Below, piece after piece: positions 55,801 to 64,000 of a DNA stretch of 64,000 nucleotides. The stretch's first letter is position 1, and the number at the start of each line of letters is the position of its first letter. A program made the position numbers and the translations under genes. This stretch comes from a virus: positions 50,214-114,213 of the IMG/VR virus record IMGVR_UViG_3300029319_000010. One strand, given 5' to 3'. The notes beneath the pieces are model-generated. The model was given only the letters and a program-made list of their open reading frames with translations, ran no database searches and was not told the origin of the DNA.

Positions 55801-58800
55801 TTGATTTTTTGGATCTAAAATATAAGGGTTTGTAAATTCATTATAGTTTTGACCATCTATAACTAGTTTGCCAAACTGTGATCCATCTCTTAAATCTAAA
55901 CCATATTCTGAAAATATATGAAAGTTCAAGTTTTGTGGAACTATAGAACCAATGTTCTTTGCACCATCATGAAAACTATCATATATCCTTAGTATATCAT
56001 TTAAGAAATCTGTATCAGTTGAAGAATCAAAAATTCTTTTTCTATTAGCAAAAGACTTAACTTGACTTTCTAAGTTGGTAAGTAAATCAGTTAATGGATC
56101 TATAGAAGTAGGCTCATTAGCAACACCAACACTACTATATTCAGAAGGTGCTTCCATTCTTGGATTAGACTGTAATGCTATTTTAGTATCTAGAAGTATA
56201 TTATTATTTGCTGCCTCATAAGGCTCTATTTTAAATTTATTTTTATAATCAATATACTCTTCTTTTGACTTTGGTTTATTTAACTGATGCAGTGCTCCCA
56301 AAATTTCTTCTTGACTTATATCTACTTTTATATATTTAGGCCCAAACTCATCTTCCTTTTTATTATATGTAAAGTCCTCTGCCTTTGCAAATCTTAATTT
56401 TGATTCTTTTGCATTCCATCCTGGTACTGTCTGATCTTCATTTTCTCTAAGCCACTCAGTCCACATAACTTCTACCTCATCCTCTTCATATAAAAGTTTG
56501 TATTCTTCTTCAAGTGCTCCTGGATTTTTTCTTTTATACTTTCTAAGAGCAAGATTATATATAGATCCTGACCTTTGCACTTCTCTTTCTACAAAGTTTA
56601 AGTACTCTTCATATAATGTATCCTCTGATTTATTATTTACACCCTTAGTTGATCTATTAGGATCTACTGGCACACCATCACCATACTCAATAATTTTACC
56701 ACCCTTTACATATACATCTTTTTCTTGATTATATACTTGATCAATATCAAGGTCACGTCCAGAACGTAGCATATAAGATTGAGAAATCATACCTGATGAT
56801 GCCATCCATGGTGGTAAAAAGTCTACTATCTTACCATAAGCAGCAGAGTGAGCATCCTGTGCAGGTACAGTAGCAGTATATAAATCACTTACTTCATCTG
56901 GTATAACTTCATCATTTTTTATTTGACTCATGTAAGATCTTTGAGGTGCAACAATCATTTCATGATATCTTAAATCACTCTTTGATCCATCTTTATTTAA
57001 CTTAACTACACTACCTCTTAAACCATCTATAAATAAATCTCCTACTTCTAATGGCTTATCTAAAACTTGATCTAGATATTCTTTTGTAATGTTATCTTCT
57101 CTTTTTAAGTTCAAAGGCTGACCTGTTCTTGTTAATCTTAAAGCTTCTCTTTGATCTGATGGTTTTAATTCATAACCTCTAACAACCTCCCAAGCTACAG
57201 GTATACCATCTTCTATAAGTTTTACTCTCTTAACTCTAGCTCCTAATGCATTTGTAATTAATGTTGTATTAAAACCAGGAACTCTTTCATTAAATGTACT
57301 ATTAAAGAATGTTAAAAATAATTGTTCAAACTTTGTTGAAGTTAAACTATTATTAAGATCAGGTGAGTTTTTAAATAACTCTACCATTTGATTATTTGCC
57401 TGAGATGCCTCTAAAGATGATATTGCATAGTCTTTAAAAGTTTGTAAATCTGGTGTCATTTTACCTAGATCTCTAGCTTCTTCAAGTGCTACAATAGCTT
57501 CATCTAAAGTAAATATTAAATTCATTTTAGATAGTAAAGAAGACTTAGCTTTTTCTCCCTCTACTTTATTATATATACCTCTTAGTTTTCCTAAAGTCAT
57601 TGACTCACCAAATACATTTATATCTGCACTATTATCTTGCTCAGATGAAACTATAATTTTCATTTGTTTAAGATTGCTAATTGTATTTTTACCAGCAACT
57701 TGTTTTTGTTGTTGATACATAAAGTTTGCATCAAGATATGTAATTGAGTTAGTTAAATCTTTAGGACTTAATGTTTCACTTAGTGTAGAAATATCTTCAA
57801 AGCTTAATACTTTACTCTTTTCTGCTTTTGATGCAGAAGCAGGAGTAGCTAAAGCAACAACTTCTTGATTAGCTTCTATTGCTTTTAAGTTTTCATGAAT
57901 AGCAAAAAACTCTGGGTTTGTTATAGATGGAGTTGTAAAGTTTGTAGAAGGATCTCCAACTATCTGATCTGATAAAAACATAATAGACATTTTATCATAA
58001 ATCTTACCATCACCATAAGCAAACTTTTCACTTTGAACCTGACCACCTAAAGAAAGTAAGCCATTCACTCCTTCAGATCCTAAAATTTCACTAACGTTAA
58101 TAATTTCTCCTTGCTCAATTCTGTTTATTAATTCTAGTTTAGCTTTAGAAGTACCAACCCCATAGTTTAAATACTTTGCACCTTTCATTGTTGCAAATAT
58201 CAAACCATCAGTTTCTTCCATACCTTTAAATTTTCTATCTTCAAAAATAACTTGAGCAATAGAATTTTTACCCATAGTATGAGTAATACCAAACTCAGGT
58301 GCTATAGTTTCAAAAGCTACATCTCTACCAGTTATTGCAAACTGTTTATTTCTTTTGTTCTCAACTGTTGCATCTGCTAAACTTTTATTTGTATTACCAA
58401 GTAAAGCTTTATTTATTGTAGACGCATTTAAATAAGCATTAAAAAATATTTGTCTTAGGTTATGTTGTTGTTGACCCGCAACTAAATTTAAATCTTGAGT
58501 AACAGTGCCTGCTACAGGATCACCTGCTGATGTATTTAAATTACCAGAGATATTACTAGTTACTAGCTTTAAAATATCCTCATTTACTATCATATCATTA
58601 AACATAGTAAACTTATTCTCAAGTGTTTCCATCACCTGATATTGTAATTGATCTATAAGTATACCTGGAGTTTCTTCAACTGCCTCAGTAAAAGTATATA
58701 GTTCATTTGTTTCTGGATTTTTTGTTACAAGTAAATCCTCAACTCCTGTTATAATAGAATCATCTTCTATAAATTCATCAGTAGATTCTGTAAATAAACT

Positions 58801-61800
58801 AACCTCTTCCTCAGATAACTTATCTAAATAATACACAGTATATTTATCTTTACTATCTTCTTTTAAAAAGTTTCTTATTGTAGCATTATCAGTATAGTAT
58901 GTTTTATTACCTCTTTTAAATGAAAAAGCTTTACTAAGTCCAACAGCACTAGTTTTTACTTCACCACCTAGTAGTTTTTTCAAAATCTCATCATAGTTAA
59001 AATTATCTATTGATCCAGATCCAAGATTATCTAGTGAGTAATTCTTTTCATTAATTTTAACTAACACTTTTTCTCCTTGTGGATAACCTTCTTTTTTTGC
59101 AGTAGCATTTTTTCTAAGAATAACTGTTGAACCTAGACCTTCTAGTCCTTGTTGTTGTACTTTATTTAGATATGGTGCCTTAAAGTTTTTATCTATACCC
59201 AATCTTGTCTTTTGTTGAGTAAAGTATTCTCTTGTCTTTTTAAATCTTCTCCATCTACCATTCTCTGTATCATTATAACCTTGTATGTCTCCTGGTATAA
59301 ACGTTTCACCACCCTGATATCTTTCTTGATATTCTCTTTGTATTTCATAGGCTTCTGCTCTTATCTTATCAAAAACTCTATCTACAGTTTCTATTGTAAT
59401 ATTAGACTTTCCATTCTTAAACTCTACAGTTTTAACTATAGGCATGTTAATGTAATCTAATGTACTATTAGCTTCTAGAATCCTAGGGTAGATTCTTGCT
59501 GTTGCATACCTTGCTATTCTTATACCCGCATCACTCTCTTCTTGGTATTCTTTTAAATCTAACTTACCAGTCTGTGGTACAAAGTCTATAAAGTAACCAT
59601 TTATAACAGAAGCTATTAGATCTCTCCCGCCAAAGTTAGAAGCATCTACACCCGGCTTTCTGTTAACATCTAAGTTATTATTCATAACATAGTATCCTTC
59701 ATCAGTTCTACTAAACTTACCTAGCTTATATCCTGCAACTCTGCTTATTCTTAACTCATTGTTCTCAGCCATATCTCTAATATCAGGACTATTAACAAGT
59801 AGTTCATTTTCATAGAAAGGATCTGCTTTTAAATTATCTAAATAATTAGTATCATTTAACTGTCTAATTAACTTCATATGTACAGAAGCTAATTGTTGTG
59901 AGTATATTCTTTTACCTGAAGGAGTTATATGTGTAGAAGCACCAACAGTTTCATTAAATGCAGCATCTATTCTACCTAATCTTGCAAATCTACCAGCACT
60001 TCCAGGATCTTTCTCAGATGTTTCTTCAATATTTTTCCCTTGTAAAAATGCATCAGTATATTTTGTAAATAAAACAGGAATAGACTGATTGTTTGCATCT
60101 GTTTTATTTAGCCCAGCTATTATAGCATTTATATCAGTTGCTGTAACTGTTTCTAATCTACCAAACTGACGTAAAAATTTTCTTTGGTTTGTATTAGGAC
60201 TTTGTATGTTTGATAAAATTGCATATCTTAAAAATCCAGGAGTAAAATTAATACCAGTTGTTCTAAATATTTCAGATTGAACACTACCTGCAGCTGTACT
60301 TATTTTTTCTTCTAATTTTTTATCTGTAATTGACTTTCTCCCCATCAACTTTGTAAGATCTTTTAAAGCACCAACTGCCTCAGATCTAAACTGAGCATTA
60401 TTTTTTAACTCTGGATATCTTGCAGCAAATGCATTATTCCATCTCTCCATAGTCTGATTTGCATCATCCTTTTTAGTTGCTGACATTATTTGTAATGCTC
60501 CTGTTTCTTGATCTAACTGATCATAAGAATAATCTACTCTAGTTTGATTTTTAAAATGATTAATAAAATCTTGATAGAATAAAGGATTTTGAATTTGCTT
60601 TGGTATTGTAAAACCATCTTGCATAATATCTTGCCTAGTTAGCCCTATCTTATCAAGCACTCTTTCAACAATAGCAAAAGTTTGCTCTGAGTCATTGGAG
60701 AATCTAACTAAAGATTCTAACACATCAACCTCTGTAAATGCATCTGATGTAGCTTTCATTAACCCTTCATAACCAGTTTGAAAATGAACTGTCTGAACAA
60801 CACTTCTACCAAACATATCTTTTGAACTATATGTTGTAGTTGCAATTAAATTACGCATATACTGACTGAATGATTTTAATCCACCAATTTCATCTTGTGA
60901 CTTTTCATATTCAGCAATACTCTTTATATTATTAGTTCCTACACCTGGTTCTATAACTTGATCAGAAGTTTTCTCTATAATGACATCCATTCCTCTTAGG
61001 TATGTTGAAACTGCATTAATAATATCACCACGTACAGAGAAAGGTCTTGTTTGAAGTAGAGAAGCATATACATCTTTTATTTGTTTTTCTTGATTTATAT
61101 AATCTTCTGGGCTTAATTCTTCTTGTAATACAGTGGGGTTGTAAGTTTCTATATAATCTGCAACTGCATTTTCTAATATATTTAAAGGGTTATATGGCCC
61201 TGTAATATTCTCAATATAATCATTATATATACGTGCAATATTTGCAACTAGTTGATTCTGCATATTAGGATCAAAGTATGTATTAACAGACTTTCTTATA
61301 GTAGTACCATCATCTCTCTTAATAAACAATCTCTTAGATCCATTTCTAATATTTTTAAATGCTAATCTATTTACACCAACAGCATATGCACTAGTTTCAG
61401 GTCTAGTAAATTGATTATCTACAATATCTGCATACTTAAAACCACCAGATAAAATTTTATCATATAAAGCTTGTATATCAAATGGAGACTTAGTTCTAAA
61501 TAAACCCTTTATAAAGTCTAATACCTTTTTAAAGAATAGCACTATCTTGCCAGTAAAAGTTTTTTTCTTATTTGCATAGTCTTGGAAGTTGTCCCATATA
61601 AACTCTTCAACTAGTCTATCTGTAGCTTGTTTATCAGTAGCTCTTACACGTGCATAATCCTCTAATTTCCAATTAGTTATCTCATCTTTAAGATTCTTAC
61701 CATCTGCTTTAAGTTGCTTTAAGTATTTAGATTTTTCTTCTTTTATATATCCTTGCTGTTGTTCATCTGTAAGTAGCAATCTCCATACACCATGACCTGC

Positions 61801-64000
61801 TTCATGATATGCAAACTGTGTAACCTCTGGTAAATATATAATACCACCTTCTACTCTAGCACCTACAGTAGCCATGTTCAAGCCAAAAGCAGCAACAGTT
61901 TCTTGATTATCTACAAGTCTATCTTTTAATACTTTAAGATCCTCTACAGTAAAGAACTCAGGTAAGATAGTTTCCATCTCACTTATAAAGTCTTCTCTAT
62001 TTACTGCTTGTAAACCATCTAATAGCTCACCTCTTTCTAATACTTTATTTGCAACATCATCACCTAAATTATCAAATCTTTTTAATTGTCTCTCTAATTC
62101 TATTCTCTTTGTATCAAGTTCAATTACTCTAGGATCTTTTAATACAGCCTCATCTAATTTTTTATGTAGAGTAACTGCTTTTATATTTGGATTTTCAGAT
62201 TTTATTAGATCTACTTTCTCTAGTTTTAACTCTTTAACCAGATCTGCATACTGTTCAGTGACATCATCAAGTTTGTTTTGTATTCTTTCTTCTTCAGTCA
62301 TATTATCTTCATATGACTCTAATAAAAGATCTTGCATTTCAACATTATCATCTATTGCTTCTTCTTTTACTGAACGTATATAACTCTCATTAGCATCATT
62401 ATTATCAACCTGTTTATTATCTAAATATTGATGAACTTGATTTACAAAATTAATATCTGTCTCACTATACTCATACATCTGACCATCTAACATACTAATA
62501 AGATCATCTATTGCAGCAGCATATTTTTTAGCTATGTTATCAGTAAGTTCAGTGATATTATCTTCTGCTTGTTTATTTTCTTGATTAGCTCCTTCATCCA
62601 CCACTTTATTCTTTGGAACATTATCTGATGGTTTCATGTCTGCAGCTTGCTCTCTAGAAGATTTTCTACCTGTGCTCTCTAATGTAATATTTAAACTTCT
62701 ACCTTTTCTTATATTTCTAACCACCTCTGCAGTAACTAGACTATTTAACTCATTATTTAATTGATCTGTAGTAAGAGTTTTATCTAAATTCTTTACAAAA
62801 TTATCTAAGGTTAATTTAAAATTTTGTATAGGTCTATAATTTTCATATCCCTTGATATTCTTTCCATTTTTAACAAAGTAGTCTTGAACTTGCTTAAATC
62901 CTTTATTTACTTGATCTAAAAACTCTTGCATTGTTTTAGCCTCAGCAAGTAATTTATTTGCCTCTTTGTTAAACATAACCTTAGCTCTACCGTTCTTACC
63001 TACACTCTCATCTGTTAAATTTCTATATGTTACTTGGATGTATCCATTTTCATTAAATTCTATACCAACAATAGTACCTGGATCATATTCTATATAAAAA
63101 TCTCTTTGTAGTTTATTATTAAATTCAGCTATAGGTTGTAAATCTTTAACACTTTCATCAGCATTTCTATCTGCATCAATCTTTTGTTGCATTTCTTTTA
63201 TCTCAGTAAATACTTCATTTAGCTTGCTTACTTCTTGCTTCATAGGCCTTAACCTAAAAAAGGTTATAGTTCCATTAGGTTCTTTTACCGCCATAGAATA
63301 TCTACCTATAGGGACATCTGCAAGCGTAGTATTAGAATTACCATTATTAAAATTATTCTTAATATATTCTACTAACTCTCTTTGAATCTCTGAACGTGCT
63401 TTGCCCTCTGCAGTAGTATAGTAATCAAAAGTTGGAGTAATCTTACCCTCACTATATGTATTATATTTATCTATAATAAAAATTTGATTATTTATTTTAG
63501 TGTATTTAAGATTTTCAAGTAAATTTTCTGCAGGTTTATTGTTAACTTGATATCCTGGACTACCTGCAGTTGCTTGTATATTTATAGGAACTGATGATAA
63601 TGGTACATCTACAGTATTTTTATTACCTAATTTAGATCTTAGCAGATCGTTTATTTCTATTAGTGTTTGATAATTACTTTGAATTTCTTTATAGGCATTT
63701 GGATTACCTTCAGTTATAAATAATTTTTCTGCTTGTAATGCATTTATTGTAGAGCCATTAATAATTTTACCATTATCTAATAATGTTACCAAACCTACAT
63801 TTCTTAATTTAGCAATAGGTTGATTATCTAAAACTAGAGTAACCTCAAACTCATTCATACCAAAGGCAAGATCATCATTTGGTTTATTTCTTTTATCAAA
63901 CTTATTGTTCTTATCAAACTCTGGAAACTTAACTTCACCTTTTTCTGCCCTCTTTAATGTTTCTTGATACTTTTCATATTGTGGATTTCTATCTATTGTT
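52867..64000 (-). CDS. Virion two-barrel RNA polymerase polyprotein (at least 3710 aa; 5' end beyond the window)
   Basis: Frame open from 63999; catalytic-type SGRDLDID (about 56740-56763), ETDG, KIVDFLP; zincin YHEAGH (about 61790-61810). Confidence 0.88.
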   Translation of the reverse strand, partial: TIDRNPQYEKYQETLKRAEKGEVKFPEFDKNNKFDKRNKPNDDLAFGMNEFEVTLVLDNQPIAKLRNVGLVTLLDNGKIINGSTINALQAEKLFITEGNPNAYKEIQSNYQTLIEINDLLRSKLGNKNTVDVPLSSVPINIQATAGSPGYQVNNKPAENLLENLKYTKINNQIFIIDKYNTYSEGKITPTFDYYTTAEGKARSEIQRELVEYIKNNFNNGNSNTTLADVPIGRYSMAVKEPNGTITFFRLRPMKQEVSKLNEVFTEIKEMQQKIDADRNADESVKDLQPIAEFNNKLQRDFYIEYDPGTIVGIEFNENGYIQVTYRNLTDESVGKNGRAKVMFNKEANKLLAEAKTMQEFLDQVNKGFKQVQDYFVKNGKNIKGYENYRPIQNFKLTLDNFVKNLDKTLTTDQLNNELNSLVTAEVVRNIRKGRSLNITLESTGRKSSREQAADMKPSDNVPKNKVVDEGANQENKQAEDNITELTDNIAKKYAAAIDDLISMLDGQMYEYSETDINFVNQVHQYLDNKQVDNNDANESYIRSVKEEAIDDNVEMQDLLLESYEDNMTEEERIQNKLDDVTEQYADLVKELKLEKVDLIKSENPNIKAVTLHKKLDEAVLKDPRVIELDTKRIELERQLKRFDNLGDDVANKVLERGELLDGLQAVNREDFISEMETILPEFFTVEDLKVLKDRLVDNQETVAAFGLNMATVGARVEGGIIYLPEVTQFAYHEAGHGVWRLLLTDEQQQGYIKEEKSKYLKQLKADGKNLKDEITNWKLEDYARVRATDKQATDRLVEEFIWDNFQDYANKKKTFTGKIVLFFKKVLDFIKGLFRTKSPFDIQALYDKILSGGFKYADIVDNQFTRPETSAYAVGVNRLAFKNIRNGSKRLFIKRDDGTTIRKSVNTYFDPNMQNQLVANIARIYNDYIENITGPYNPLNILENAVADYIETYNPTVLQEELSPEDYINQEKQIKDVYASLLQTRPFSVRGDIINAVSTYLRGMDVIIEKTSDQVIEPGVGTNNIKSIAEYEKSQDEIGGLKSFSQYMRNLIATTTYSSKDMFGRSVVQTVHFQTGYEGLMKATSDAFTEVDVLESLVRFSNDSEQTFAIVERVLDKIGLTRQDIMQDGFTIPKQIQNPLFYQDFINHFKNQTRVDYSYDQLDQETGALQIMSATKKDDANQTMERWNNAFAARYPELKNNAQFRSEAVGALKDLTKLMGRKSITDKKLEEKISTAAGSVQSEIFRTTGINFTPGFLRYAILSNIQSPNTNQRKFLRQFGRLETVTATDINAIIAGLNKTDANNQSIPVLFTKYTDAFLQGKNIEETSEKDPGSAGRFARLGRIDAAFNETVGASTHITPSGKRIYSQQLASVHMKLIRQLNDTNYLDNLKADPFYENELLVNSPDIRDMAENNELRISRVAGYKLGKFSRTDEGYYVMNNNLDVNRKPGVDASNFGGRDLIASVINGYFIDFVPQTGKLDLKEYQEESDAGIRIARYATARIYPRILEANSTLDYINMPIVKTVEFKNGKSNITIETVDRVFDKIRAEAYEIQREYQERYQGGETFIPGDIQGYNDTENGRWRRFKKTREYFTQQKTRLGIDKNFKAPYLNKVQQQGLEGLGSTVILRKNATAKKEGYPQGEKVLVKINEKNYSLDNLGSGSIDNFNYDEILKKLLGGEVKTSAVGLSKAFSFKRGNKTYYTDNATIRNFLKEDSKDKYTVYYLDKLSEEEVSLFTESTDEFIEDDSIITGVEDLLVTKNPETNELYTFTEAVEETPGILIDQLQYQVMETLENKFTMFNDMIVNEDILKLVTSNISGNLNTSAGDPVAGTVTQDLNLVAGQQQHNLRQIFFNAYLNASTINKALLGNTNKSLADATVENKRNKQFAITGRDVAFETIAPEFGITHTMGKNSIAQVIFEDRKFKGMEETDGLIFATMKGAKYLNYGVGTSKAKLELINRIEQGEIINVSEILGSEGVNGLLSLGGQVQSEKFAYGDGKIYDKMSIMFLSDQIVGDPSTNFTTPSITNPEFFAIHENLKAIEANQEVVALATPASASKAEKSKVLSFEDISTLSETLSPKDLTNSITYLDANFMYQQQKQVAGKNTISNLKQMKIIVSSEQDNSADINVFGESMTLGKLRGIYNKVEGEKAKSSLLSKMNLIFTLDEAIVALEEARDLGKMTPDLQTFKDYAISSLEASQANNQMVELFKNSPDLNNSLTSTKFEQLFLTFFNSTFNERVPGFNTTLITNALGARVKRVKLIEDGIPVAWEVVRGYELKPSDQREALRLTRTGQPLNLKREDNITKEYLDQVLDKPLEVGDLFIDGLRGSVVKLNKDGSKSDLRYHEMIVAPQRSYMSQIKNDEVIPDEVSDLYTATVPAQDAHSAAYGKIVDFLPPWMASSGMISQSYMLRSGRDLDIDQVYNQEKDVYVKGGKIIEYGDGVPVDPNRSTKGVNNKSEDTLYEEYLNFVEREVQRSGSIYNLALRKYKRKNPGALEEEYKLLYEEDEVEVMWTEWLRENEDQTVPGWNAKESKLRFAKAEDFTYNKKEDEFGPKYIKVDISQEEILGALHQLNKPKSKEEYIDYKNKFKIEPYEAANNNILLDTKIALQSNPRMEAPSEYSSVGVANEPTSIDPLTDLLTNLESQVKSFANRKRIFDSSTDTDFLNDILRIYDSFHDGAKNIGSIVPQNLNFHIFSEYGLDLRDGSQFGKLVIDGQNYNEFTNPYILDPKNQNELIRRAFMGSAEITGMTDNAKYNIAYFLGLNKQALSTVANGVALGMPIRIPVMMVNHPTIKDVYRMYSSKIRNNEPANISKIIEKKIEAMTTDKPFLLENAATLRMSTEVLTEQLNAWEYVGGVKTLSKTFTGEVEVGSEAYEKLEEAELKVLQQFLTLERIKRATNKFIALPNFIDGIGSSTLDLERSLKSLDDLDINKSDSDFKNSSVPVDFRKFFGQINDIGGVKTQPYLTTLYRMASMINKVTPSVFISKTKPFEQITDIVLSHYKGAARSVESRGEIKKSIISYLTAKSFIHRLKTRGDGKRLVTLDNGIIYPEASENTPLIIMDVMRRLMKNNPDSYFLYDFLKPITYDNPNNKQMIDRIVANTWKTVPDAMMIEIGRDIANIYTKDEQNYQDMNHLLNYLLVKDGFTFARDSFINVMPPVMLKDIISAVSPAHSLLKSETLDDTRYREVFGATLNEITNQVVKSILLSHKNSFNLKVSRAGNARLALKEFKDESSLNYNIAAEDSRYKKDISLEEGLFSGQIKAISTENKLYANAKKGHIIRIGAEGNPYEITDIIRLTKKQKSVKNFSSKFSILTGYTKEYYDAMSNTDSRLKGYLTLVKKTTEEVAEKQPAAVQGGAVQFDSGLGETYVNLFAKLGPAQDRKLKGRLIRKYEAQKKKQYGKQLSVEAFKKRLSLNKKQLKGKGFEVVNLTINNKDYDLIKFPLVRKIKTGSGKETTFITEVLTSVTVPKILDRGADQQTLMYNLKSETDGRVSEILGVNAIYTETESLGVDSATDIGDVFTSKRPAFSLLMENRKDRLENKIPMQEFMETDPTSLVEGLAEEDTNQLGELGDAISATEQGFKNEKGADVKPKEVKITEEQEGLDPFKDLEFTAEELEEAQEELEIDLTGLKEDALEIPGEQNEDVKFLTEEYDKLTESEKQNIAVAENLGGLGVRSAEDLIALYQDPKQLYDTKEEFMEDIKKCKGK

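Noticed and set aside
47632-59460. Plus-strand ORFs inside the giant genes
   Set aside because: Antisense shadows with no recognisable motifs
63856-63858. ATG 63858 as the start of the RNAP gene
   Set aside because: The frame stays open for 47 more codons to the window edge
1-64000. Stop-codon reassignment (TAG or TGA), known in some Crassvirales
   Set aside because: Core genes and both giant ORFs are intact in the standard code, and TGA and TAG serve as real stops

Overview
This AT-rich 64-kb window is part of a crAss-like (Crassvirales-type) phage genome whose host is most likely a Bacteroidota (Flavobacteriia-like) bacterium. Host evidence: TAnnTTTG promoters, A/T-rich translation starts without Shine-Dalgarno sites, and a T9SS sorting domain. 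Layout: (1) 1-8008, minus strand: partial terminase, GroES, PD-(D/E)XK nuclease, HU/IHF-like protein, putative endolysin and holin, thermonuclease and many small basic proteins. (2) 8.0-10.3 kb: a divergent, hairpin-dense region with small early-type genes and tRNA-Arg(UCU). (3) 10.2-34.1 kb, plus strand: replication and repair genes (SF2 helicase, DnaB, primase, Sak4-like ATPase, SSB-like, resolvase, vWA/AAA locus, exonuclease, Ung, PolB, spore-photoproduct-lyase-like radical SAM enzyme). (4) 34.2-44.7 kb, minus strand: late-type operons. (5) Class II RNR. (6) Two giant minus-strand virion-type proteins, one a two-barrel RNA polymerase that runs off the window. Best candidates for undescribed biology: a translationally coupled four-gene envelope cassette (membrane protein, exported thioredoxin-fold protein, T9SS cargo with about 29 Cys repeats, outer-membrane beta-barrel); small basic proteins sharing a C-terminal GPNxxL tag and/or [FYML]xxGG motifs, several absent from the ORF track; and a duplicated H-type pseudoknot with a compensatory base pair upstream of two early genes. 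All family calls come from motif recognition by eye; no searches were run.
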